Of a DNA stretch of 60,000 nt, positions 1 to 11,907 are shown one piece after another. The DNA comes from Mobula hypostoma. Taxonomy: Eukaryota. The stretch is from the NCBI RefSeq assembly GCF_963921235.1, contig NC_086108.1:42782001-42842000 (forward strand), written 5' to 3'. Numbering within the stretch: the first letter of the stretch is position 1; the number at the start of each line of letters is the position of its first letter. The notes under the pieces were generated by a model. That model made no database searches and was not told where the DNA came from. It saw only the letters and a list, made by a program, of their open reading frames with translations. Made by a program: the position numbers and the translations under genes.

Positions 1-335
1 CATTCGTTTTGCTCTCTCTCTCCTTCCCCCCACACTGTCCATCTCCCACGGCAGCGATTACTGCGAACTGAACTGAACTAAATTGAACTGAACTTTGCGT
101 CACTTTGAAACTGGTCATTTACCCCTAGACAACGATAGAGCTTGATTGATCCTGTTATCTTAATTCTGTGTACATGTGTGTTTATCATTGCTGAACTGTT
201 GCATTTATTATCCTTTTGATTAGAGTACTGTGTTGCTTGTTTCTTTAATAAAACTTTCTTAGTTCTAGTAATCCAGACTCCAACTGAGTGATCCATTTCT
301 GCTGGTTTGGCAACCCAGTTACGGGGTACGTAACA
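1..335 (+). mobile_element. Probable 3' end of an LTR, cut by the window edge
   Basis: (GAACT)n run, AATAAA near 247, ends ...GTAACA directly against a CR1 fragment. Confidence 0.5.
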
Positions 336-960
336 GCACTTATTTCAAGAGGACTAGAATATAAGAGCAAGGATGTACTGTTGAGGCTTTATAAGCCATT
401 GGTCAGACTGCACTTGGAGAATTGTGAGCAGTTTTGGGCTCCTTATCTAAGAAATGATGTGCTGACATTGGAGAGGGTTCAGAGGAGGTTCACAAGAATT
501 ATTCTGGGAATAAAAGAGTTAACATATAAGGAGCGTTTGATAGTTCCTGAGCCTGTACTCGCTGGAGTTCAGAAGAATGAGGGGAGATCTCATTGAAATT
601 TATCGAATATTGAAAGGCCGAGATAGAATGAGTGTGGAAAGGTGTTTCCTATAGTGGAGAGTACAGGACCAGAGGGCATATCCACAGAATAGAGAGACGT
701 CCATTTAGGACTGAGATAAGAAGGAATTTCTTTAGACAGAGAATAGTAAATCTGTGGAATTCATTGCCATGGATGGCGGTCATTGAGTATATTTAAAGCA
801 ATGGTTGATAGGTTCCTGATTAGTCAGGGCATCAAAAGTTACAGGGAGAAGACAGGAGAATGGGATTGAGAGGGATAATAAATCAGCCATGATAGAATGG
901 CAGAGCAGACTTGATGGGCCGAATGGCTTAATTCTGCTCATATATCTTATGGTCTTATCT
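336..960 (+). mobile_element. CR1-group LINE 3' fragment (ORF2 C-terminus, 3' UTR, (TCTTATGG) tail)
   Basis: LLRLYKPLVRLHLENCEQFWAPYL..LERVQRRFTR motif; homologous to 41517-42160. Confidence 0.85.
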
Positions 961-1014
961 TGCTGTGTGCAAATTACTTGCCATATTCCCTGCATAACAT
1001 CAGTGAATTCATCA

Positions 1015-1312
1015 TCACATCATAGGCATCTGTTAGTCTCATGAGACCATGGATTTGCGCCTTGGAAGGTTTCCAGGGCACAGGCCTGGGCAAGGTTATA
1101 TGGAAGACCAGCAGTTGCCTATGCTGCAAGTCTCTCCTCTCCATGCCACCGATGTTGTCCAAGAGAAGGGCATTAGGACCCATACAGCTTGACACCGGTG
1201 TCGTCACAGAGCAATGTGTGGTTAAGTGCCTTGCTCAAGGACACACACGCTGCCTCAGCCAAGGCTCGAACTAGCGATCTTCAAATCACAAGACCACTTG
1301 GCCACGTGCCAA
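1015..1312 (-). mobile_element. tRNA-derived SINE, same family as 32628-32910
   Basis: Reverse complement has TGGCCAAGTGG (A box), GTTCGAGCC (B box) and the same body and tail. Confidence 0.8.
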
Positions 1313-1477
1313 CACAGTGAAATATAATCCTGCAAAAGGAGTGGATTAAAATCTGGGACAGCTGTATCGTTGAAAAATTTTCTTTTACATTTTCTTTGTG
1401 ATTCATTTTAGTGTTTCCTACGTGAAAACTAAAATGTTAAAATACCTTAACAGTTAATGTACCTTTTTTATTTACAG

Positions 1478-1747
1478 TGTTGATGCCTCCATCCAACATC
1501 AAAGTCACTGTTCTTGGCAAAACTGCAATCCGGTTAAGTTGGAAATCAATTGCTAAAGTATTCCAGTATGAAGTAACAGTGCATAAAAATTCTGAAGACT
1601 CTTCTGATGGAATAACTACAAATATATTTTCTAATTTTATAATACTAAATAATCTTGCACTATGTACTAATTACACCATCACCATAAAGTCACTGAATGA
1701 TTTCAGACTTCTTGGAGAAGGCACATCTATATATTATACAACTGAAT
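1478..1747 (+). CDS. FN3 exon 1 (window numbering), 270 bp; Cys-poor type (1 Cys)
   Basis: tttacag|TGTTG... ACTGAAT|gtaagt; LMPPSNIKVTVLGKTAIRLSWKS...NNLALCTNYTITIKS...YYTTE. Confidence 0.88.
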
Positions 1748-4700
1748 GTAAGTAAGATATAGAAACTGCATTTTAGTGTTTATTCTAATGAAACTAATAC
1801 TAACTAATTCTGACTCAATAGAGGAATTACTAAATTGATCTTTGAATTTGAATCTATATTGTTTGGTATTTATGTTAGTAGTTATCTTCCTTGGGGTACA
1901 TTCCCCCGAGATGAATCAGAGATACCAGAATCAATTCATTATTATCAAAGAAACCCAGTGTTCCTCCTGTTTTGCTCCTTCAGGAATTTTGATTCTATCC
2001 AGATAGTGGAGCAACTTTAGTGACTTCCATTCTATTTCCTAGTTTGCTGCTGGAACATTCCATGACAAGAACAGCCAGAATACAAGACGGCTCCCCTGAT
2101 CTCCTCTCTAGGTGTACGGTGAAGATGCCAACTCCCACTTCTCTCCTATAACACATTACAAGTGTGATACCTCTTTAGCCATTAGGCACAGAATCTATTC
2201 AATGAAACAGTGACTCCATGGTTAATGTTCTGGGAGCAGGAAAAAGCTAATGATTCAGTGATATACATATGTACCGTACTATGGCAGTTGTGAAAGTTAA
2301 AATTAATTAACTTTAACCAGTGGTAAGCAAAAACCTAATTGGTTCAGTAATGTCCTCTCAGAAAAAAAAATCTGATCTGGCCAAGACATGACTAAAAACC
2401 CACAAGAATGTGGTTAGTTCTTAACTCTCTTTTGAAACAGCTGAGCAAACTCCCAATTCATGGGCATTCAGGGATATGTGGTAAAAGTGCACCTACATCC
2501 AGTAATTAATTAAAAGAAAATTAGACGATACAATCAGAGTTTTCCCAACTCACTTTGGAATCAATCTGAGCTTGTGCTTTAACTTTTAGTCATAATTTAC
2601 CTTGTAATTTCGTATTTCCGAGAGGGACTGGCTGTTTGTTCATCAAGGTGAGCAGACTGTGAAGGAAGGGTTAGGCAACATTGCCTTGCAGGAGGCGACC
2701 TAGAATTGGGAGGAAGAAGCAATTTTCAATTGGCTGTTCTTCACCTGGGTCAGATAGACTGACTGCTCAACACGAGGGATGGAGGGAAGGAGGGGAGGGG
2801 TACTACTAGTAAGTCAAAACTGCCCACGCAGGTCACAAGGTGGAGTCAGAAGTACAGCCTCAAAAAACAACACTGATATCTTTCTGAAATAGAAACAGGA
2901 AGTTGGAAATGTTTAGCAGGTTAGGCAGCATCCCTGGAACAGAAACAGAGTTAATTTTTAAGGTTGAGGACCTTCATTTGTAACTTCTGGATAACTGATT
3001 TTTTTGGGGGGGGGTTGGTGACTGCTCCTGCAAATCCAGCCACAATACGAACAGGGGTCAAAGTTGCTCAGCATAAATGAAGGGAGTGTGGAAGATGCTG
3101 GGTTTGAAAAGGGAAGGTAGTCAAGCCTGCATGAAAGGGAAATGGGGAGTACAGCCAAAGCAACGCACATTAAAAAAATCCTGGTGAACGCAGCAGGTCA
3201 GGCAGCATCTCTAGGAAGAGGTACAGTCGACGTTTTGGGCCAAGACCCTTCGTCAGGACTAACTGAAGGAAGAGATAGTAAGAGACTTGAAAGTGGGAGG
3301 GGGAGGGGGAGATCCAAAATGATAGGAGAAGATGGGAGGAGGAAGGGATGGAGTTAAGAGCTGGAAAGTTGATTGGCAAAAGGGATATGAGAGGATCATT
3401 TACGTGTGTTGCTTGAAATTCCAGCATCTGCAGATTTCCTCTGCCAGGCAGCACCAGAGTTTCATCCATATAGCACTGTCGATTGGCACTCTGGTAACTT
3501 GAAATTTGGATTTTTAACCCAAAGATTATATGAATACCAAATGTTTTTGCTTTGTTTTCTGCTACTAACTTTTCAAGTTGGAGAGAAGTTGATAATGGGT
3601 GTATTTTGTCTCAACAGCGGTAAGTCCGGTGCAAGACGTGAAAGCAGTTTACAGCTGCCTTGCCGACTCAGCTGTGCTGTCGTGGAAAGTCAGCCCCGGT
3701 GCCACAGTCTATCAAGCTGTTGCCAGAAGCAGTGCTGGTGTAATTCTGTTCTGCACCTCCTCAGCCGTTACTTGCCAAATTACCGGACTGGGCTGCAGCG
3801 AAAGCTACTCTGTAACAGTTGTGGCTCAGACTGACGAATGTAACTCCAGTGAAAGTTCACCCATAATATTTGAAACACGTACGTTTAGGTTCATAGAGAG
3901 TGCTGGATTATTATATTGCGTGCTTGTGAGGGAGATTAATTTTGAAGTGATGTTTTTGAGACCTGGGTGTTTGCTGGGTAGGCCTACAGTTATTGTTTAT
4001 TGTTAATTGTCTGTGAGGAAGTGGTGGTGAACCATTCACCAGAATTTGCTAGAGGGGAGTTGTACATGTAGCCAAGAAGGAAAAGGAAGTACGTATTAGG
4101 TTTAGAAAACTGAAATTTGACAGGGCCTTAAGAAATAGAAAGAAAGCATGAAAGGACACACACAGGGAATTAGGAGCGCCAAGAGGTATCGTGAAGGAAT
4201 GTCAGAGGCATTCATTATGTACATTAAAGGCAGGAAGGTAGCTGGGGAGAGAGTAGAACCATTCCAGGATAAAGGAGGGAATTTATGCCTGAAGCCCGAG
4301 GAAGTGGATGAGGTACTGATCGAGTACTTGGCATCAATATTCAACAAGGGGAAGGGCATCAGGGAAAGTCAAATCAGCGTGGGGTATGCCAGTAACTGAG
4401 GGCGTGTTGGGACTAAGGAGGAGATGGTGTTGGGTCTGATGAAGAACATTGAGTCCCCAGGGCCTAATGGGATGTATGCCAGGTTATTGAGAGAGATTGC
4501 CGGATCCTTGCCAGAGATCTTTGTATCGTATCTAGCTACAGGTAGTAGGTGCTTGGATTGCTCTGCGAAGGGTACTTGTGGTAGCTGACATGATAGTGGC
4601 ATTTAAAAGGCATATGACATGCAGGGAATTGAGCAATATGGATCATGTACAGGCAGATGGGATTAGTTTCATTCAGCATCATGGTCAACACAGACACTGT

Positions 4701-7700
4701 AGACAAAGAGGCCTGTTGAATGCTCCAAGTCATCAAGGTAAATGAGGATAAATGAAGAAAGGTAGTTATAAAAGTAAATAGAGAACTTTATAAAATGGGC
4801 ATTTGATGTACTGAATATGATTAAGTTATTTATGAGTAAGTATTAGACAAGTCATGGGCTTTACAAACATTAAGTGTAAATCCTCACTTGAGCTGCTCAC
4901 CATTGTATATAATAGAAACAGTGGTAACTTGAGGCTGTAGAAAGAGTCAAAAGCCGGAGCAAACATTTAGCGTGAATTTAGTTGTACTTATTTCAATGCA
5001 GAAGATTTGACATAGTATTGATTTAAACAAATATTGTTGTGATATGTTAATCACCAATATTATATGACGGGTAACGAGAAGTTTAAAGCATGTGCTTATT
5101 ATATACTTTACAAACTAATAGTCTTCTTTCATTGCCTGTAGAGCCCTGCACTCCTCAGGATTTCCAAGTAGATCGTGATTGCCATAGTAACACTGTGTGG
5201 ACTTCCTGGAAAGCCAGGAGAGGAGCTTTCGTGTACAGGGTAACTGCCCTGGCATCTGATGGGATAACAGAAAAATGCCACACCAGAGGAACTTCCTGTG
5301 TCTTCACCTTTTTCAAATGTGGATTGGAGTATGAACTGAAAATTGAGGCAATATCAAGGGACCAGTGCAAAAGCAATGCAAGTGACCCCACTGCAATACG
5401 CACAGGTGTGTTATTCAGTGTAATCCTGAGCAACCGCAGTAAACCATAGGGTTTCTTCTTAAGCCCTGTTATTCCACTCTAGGTCAGGTTATCATATTCA
5501 GATATTAACCAGAATCTTTTTTTTTCTGTATGGGAAATCAATAGTCGGTCGTGTTGACCTTATTGCTTTGTAGTTGTTACTAGGCTGTGCATCTGCAGTC
5601 AGCAACTTGTACATCTGTCTCTACCAGTGCTTCTATTCAGATAGCTTTTAACAGATGTGATGCAGTGATTTACATACAATAGGTAGCAAAATGATGTTGC
5701 GCTGACCCATATAAACCTATTTCACAATCAATCCAACATTTCCCTTCTACATAGACCATAACCAATTTTCTTAAAATCCATGTCTCTTAAATATCCCTAT
5801 TGTGACAGACTCTGCCACCAGCCCTGGCAGTACATTTCAGGCACCTCTTGTTATCTATGTTAAAAAAACACCAAGTCTGGCAGCTCCCATAAGTTTTCCT
5901 CCACTCATATTGAGAGTTTGACAATTACCTTTGACTTTTCACCCGCTCTGTTTTAGATTCAATATTCTAATTAATGCTGAATAAATGCATAATTTTGGTA
6001 CATCTTAAACTTCCTGTGTGCCAACTCTATGTACCTGCTCATGAAATCTATGATAATATATGCATTTTAAAGTTCAGGCTCTTGTGAGTGATGTCACCAA
6101 TAGGACTGTGCTCCTAAATGACCTATATAAACCCTTACAAATGTGCTGAACAGGATTTCTCTTCTACTGCCGCACTTGCCTGGCTACTTTTTAAAAATTA
6201 TTTATTCATTTACGGGACGTGGACATCGCCAGCTAAGCTGGCATTTATTGCCCATCCCTCGTTGTCCTTGAGAAAGTGGCGATGAGATGCCTTCTTGAAC
6301 TGCTGCAGTCCCTGAGGTGTAGGTACATCCACAGTGCTGTTAGCGAGGGAATTCCATGATTTTGACGGAGCGACAATGAAGGAACAGCGATATGTTTTCA
6401 AGTCAGGATGGTGAGTGACACGGAGGGGGTTTTCCAAGTGATGGTGTTCCCAGGTATCTGCTGTTCTTGTCCTTCTAGCTGGTAGTGGTCATCGGTCTGG
6501 AAGGTGCTGCCTTAGGAACTTTGGTGTGTTGTTGCAGTGTATCTTATAGATAGTACACACTGCTGCAACTGTTCGTCAATGGTGGAGGGATTGGATGCTT
6601 GTGGAAGGGGTGCCAATCAAGTAGGCTGCCTTGTACTAGATGGTGTCAAGCATCCTGAGTGTTGATGGAGCTGCACTCATCCAGGCGAGTGGCGAGTATT
6701 CCATTACACTCCTCACCTGAGACTTGTAGATGGTGGACAGGCGTTGCGGGGTCAGGAGGTGAGTTACACGCGGCAGAATTCCTAGCCTTTGACCTGCTCT
6801 GGTAGCCACGGTGTTTATATGGCTAGACCAGTTCAGTTTCCTGTCAACGGTAACCCCCAGGATGCTGATAGTTGGGATTCAGGTAGTTAACTCAGGTAGA
6901 CCGTGAAAGCAAACTCAGTGTAACTAATTGTGCAGGAAAAGAGGGAAGTTGTTGAGAAGGAACATAGGAAAAAGTGTGAGACAATGAGGTTTTCATTCCA
7001 TTGGAATGGTCTCACCAGCTTCATTTTCTTTGCAGCCCCTTGTATACCAGAAGACGTGAAAGCCTCCAGTGACTGCTCTTCTCACATTTTAACCATTTCA
7101 TGGGAAATGGCACTGGGGGCCCAGACATACAAGGTGGAAGTAGTGGGAACGAATGGAAGCAAGTACAACTGTAGCTCTTCCACGACCAGCTGTGCCATCT
7201 CCAAGCTACCGTGTGGCATAGGGTTCATTGTATTTGTCATTGCTTACGATAGTGAATGTGACAGCGGCAGATCTTACTATGCCTTTGGAGAAACAGGTAG
7301 GATGGACCTCTATGTTTACATTTGCGTCGCTTTAATTGCGAGTTTATTTCAATGTGTGGCAGAGAAAAACTTTCTCATCCCTGCCCTAAATGGAGGGCTT
7401 TTTATTGTTAAATAGTGATGCCGAGTTTCAGGTTCTCTGACAAGAGGAAACTTCCTTTTCACATCCGTCCTGTCAAGAAGACTGTCAAGGATTAGGTGAC
7501 AATTAGCAATAGTAACAGCAGTAATGAATCTAGCTGTAAGTCTAACAATGGTTTCATAGTAATACTAGGAATTAAGGGAGATTTTATAAATGTGTGCTGA
7601 AGACATTTAATCTACTGAAAGAAATTGTTTGAAATGTGGCAAAATCTAAATTATAACTCAAAAGCGTTTCTGACAACACATCTTACAAATGATGAGTGCA

Positions 7701-10700
7701 AAGAATTTTTATGGTTATATTTAGAATTGAGAGTTTTATATGTTTATTTTAGCAGAGACGGTGGTAATCATTGACTAGACAGTGGTGAAATACAGCAGGG
7801 AAACTCGCACTGCATTGAAAAATTCAATAGGCCGCATTTTCCTAAATAATTATCCTTTTCCCCAGCACCCTGCACCCCAGCAAATGTTCAGACGCAGTTG
7901 GACTGCGACACAAATACAGTGAATGTCATATGGGATAAGCATGATGGGGCATTTAACTACATGGTCTCTGCCAACGGAAGTGATGGGACTCAAATGATGT
8001 GTGCCTCATTGCACACAAACTGCTGGCTTCCAGACCTGAAATGTGGCCAAGTGTACACAACAACAGTCATTGCTTCAAATTACATATGCAACAGTTCACA
8101 AAGTTCTCCTGTTAATTTTGTGACAGGTAAGCTAAAGATTTAGCAATGCATTAATCATAACTACAGAGGTTTTTAATGTTGTAAATTTGATTAGACTAAT
8201 AATGACAGTGAAATCTAAATGCAAAATGTGGCCTGATATATAAATTGCTTGTAGTAGTCGCAAAGAATAAATGCAAACCGTGCCAACACTGTGGCGAACT
8301 GTCAAGAGGTCATCAAGATTGTTGGAGAGTGGGATCTTGGGAACTGGCCATGATGCCTAGTTCTCATTCGTGGACCACTGCGACCTGGGATGGCTGTGCT
8401 GGTGAGGCCTTAAGGTTAATTGTACTCACAGGTCCACGAAACCTGAGTGCAGCTGGGGAGGTATAGCGATGGGCGCAAATGCTGGATCAAGCTCCATGTG
8501 GCCCATCTGCTCGATTTACCTGTTATAGTGATCGTAATGGAGAATGAATATTGTGTTTGTTATTACCGATAAATGGCCTTCTGACCTACTTTATCTGAAA
8601 ATGGCATCCATTTCAGCACCTTGGGACATATTACCCTGTTAATGGTGTTATGCAAAAGAAAGTTTGGGATTCAGAATTACTTATCACATATGCATTGAAA
8701 CATTCGGTGAAATGTGTGGTTTGTGTTACCTAAGAATGTGCCGGGGGCAGCCTGCAATTGTTGCCGCACATTCCAGCACCAATGGAGCTTACATACACCG
8801 CACTCGTTGCAACAGCACAGAACACAGCAAAGCAGAACATACCAAGCAACAAAGCAACAACAGCAAATCAAGCCTCATTGGTTTTCTATGTTTTTGCATG
8901 TGCTGGCTTTGTTGCCTTTCTTAGTGGCAGTTAAAATCGAGCTTTCATTTTCTCCTATCTTTATAGCTCCATGCACTCCACAGAATGTGGCTGCCCAGCT
9001 GGATTGTGCCACGAGCACCGCTTCACTGTCATGGGATTCCAGCCCGGGGGCCGTTTCCTACACAGCATCAGCCACAGAGCCCAGTGAGCTGTCATACAGT
9101 TGTAACACGCAGCAAACTTTCTGTGAGATCAGGAATTTGCCATGCAGCCAAAACTACACCATGACTGTGAGAGCACTCAATGAACAGTGTGAGAGTAACC
9201 AGACCACAGTTGTTGGAGTGATTTCAAACTTAGGTAAGTGTTATCGTTCAGTCTGTAGCTCCGAGATTTTATGCTATTATTTGCCAACAATCAGGCAATA
9301 GTAAAATGTATTACAACGATACTTTTTTTTTCAATATATATCAGTATTATCACACTAAAAATAAATGAAAAGCTTCAAATATATTGATAGTCTGAGTCTT
9401 TAATGGCTCCATAGTGATTAAACAGCATAGAAAAAAAAACATAGAAACCATAGAAAAACTACAGCACAGAAACAGGCCTTTTGGTCCTTCTTGGCTGTGC
9501 CGAACCATTTTCTGCCTAGTCCCACTGACCTGCACACGGACCATATCCCTCCATACACCTCCCATCCATGTATCTGTCCAATTTATTCTTAAATGTTAAA
9601 AAAGAACCCGCATTTACCACCCTGTCTGGCAGCTCATTCCACACTCCCACCACTCTCTGTGTGAAGAAGCCCCCCCTAATGTTCCCTTTAAACTTTTCCC
9701 CCTTCACCCTTAACCCATGTCCTCTGGTTTTTTTCTCCCCTTGCCTCAGTGGAAAAAGCCTGCTTGCATTCACTCTATCTATACCCATCATAATTTTATA
9801 TACAGTATCTCTATCAAATCTCCCCTCATTCTTCTATGCTCCAGGGAATAAATTCCTTGCACTTATCTAAATTAAACTCCATTTGCCATTCCTTAGCCCA
9901 CTTGCATAACTGATCAGCATCCCTCTGTAATTCCTGATAAATATATTCACTGCTTACAACCCGAACAATTTTAGTGCCATCTGAAAACATGCCTACTACT
10001 GCTTGTATTTTTTCACCCAAATTATTGATATAGATGACAAATAGTAATAATAGTATGTTTCGTAATTACTCTGTGGATTTATTGGCACCATTTTTCTCTT
10101 GCATGTTGAAATATATCAGATTGCCAGCCATGGAATGTGACTGGAAACTTGAACTGTGGCAATAATGCCCTTGTGGTATCCTGGTCTGCCCGCGCCATAG
10201 CAGGATCACATGTTGTTACTGCAGAAGGAAGTGATGGGCACATTGCTTCACTCAACACCACAGCAACAAGCTGCCAGTTCACGGACCTGCGATGTGGTCA
10301 GTCGTATAATATAACCATACGCGCTACAAGCACTGAGTGCATAAACTCCAAGGTATCACGTTTGCAGACTGAAACAGGTACTGATAATATTGCATAACTG
10401 TTGTCTTAGTTAATGCAAAGCATATTTTGTCAAACGTACCATAGTTGTTCTGGTTAAGATCAGAGTGTATAGCAATTATAGGAACTTTCTCTTTTACTCA
10501 CTTCCCAGCTGGTTTCTCTGCGATAGGTTTTTGATTGCATATTAATCACACTTGTTTGAATCTGTTAATCTGTGAGTATAATGTGGTCAGTGACTGTGGA
10601 AGGGCCAGCTAGTAGGAAACTGCATTTAAACATGAGGTATAAACCATACCTTGCTGTTCACGAGAGGAAAGATGCTTCTTCTAAGGAAATCTAATAGCCT

Positions 10701-11853
10701 GGGGCTGACAATTGGAAGTGGAGGGTGGGTGGAAGAGAGAAACTGGCAAGATGGAGGAGAAAGTCTGGTTTAAAAAGGATTACCTGACTGGGGACAGAGA
10801 TTTGAGTGGGTTCTTGGGTTAGATTCAATGGTGGTAAGGCCAGTAGGATAATAGAAGGGTCGGGTTAGGGTACCAGGTCTGGCAAACTTGGTAAATAAGC
10901 GATCAGGCCATGGAGTTGGTCAGATGCATGGGCGAAGGAAGTCTATAGATTGGGTCAAGGGCACAACGGGACTGCAAGTGGAGTTCAACGCAGGAGTATC
11001 TACAGGTGGGCTCTGGCCGGAGAGGTCAGCTGGAGGGTGGAATGTCAGCTGTTGGGAACAGTTGGTGAAATCTCCAATCGGCATATTGATAGTCAGCAGT
11101 TAGGGGTTGAATAAGAACAGAAATCTGGCAGGGTTGGATTGCCCTATCTTTTTATTGTTTTCTAATTCCAAGCCTTTTCCATGGAAAATGGATGATAGCT
11201 ATTGTTTTTATTACAGTATGGCAAAGTACTGCTCCTGCAAAACAACAAACTTCATGACATCTACCAGTGATATTAAACCCCATTCTGATTCTGACAGCAC
11301 ACAGTGGGTTTGGTTTTGATTCTGACTCTGACTGCTCCTTGTGTGCAGTATATATGCTTCCCTGTGCCCGTATGGATGGTTTATCCTGGGTGCTCCAGCC
11401 TTCACCCACACCTCAAAGCTGACAAGTTACTTGTCAGTTTAAATGGCTCCATTTTTAGGTGGGTGGCAGGAGAATTTGGGGTGGTGCTGACACATATGGG
11501 AGTGAGAGTGGTTGATAGGGAATAAGTGGTTGAATGGAACTGATGGAATAGTCTGGGGGCTGGGATCGACCCAGTGGCCAAATGGCCGCCTTCCCTGTTA
11601 TAAGGAAATATGAGAAATATATTCTTATTCACTTTTCATGCTCGCCTGATTTTGGCAGTACCAATGGAGTTCCCTGTAACAATCAGACATTATAGTCCAG
11701 TGACTGTATTAGTAGCTGTGGTGCAATTCCAGTGAACAGCAGCCATGTATTTTCATTGCTTGTTTATGAATAAAAAATTAGCAGTGAATGTGGAGAGCTG
11801 AACTGGAGCTTAAGAAGTTTCAGTGTTCACACTTCAATTGACATTTCTATTTT

Positions 11854-11907
<54 letters not shown>

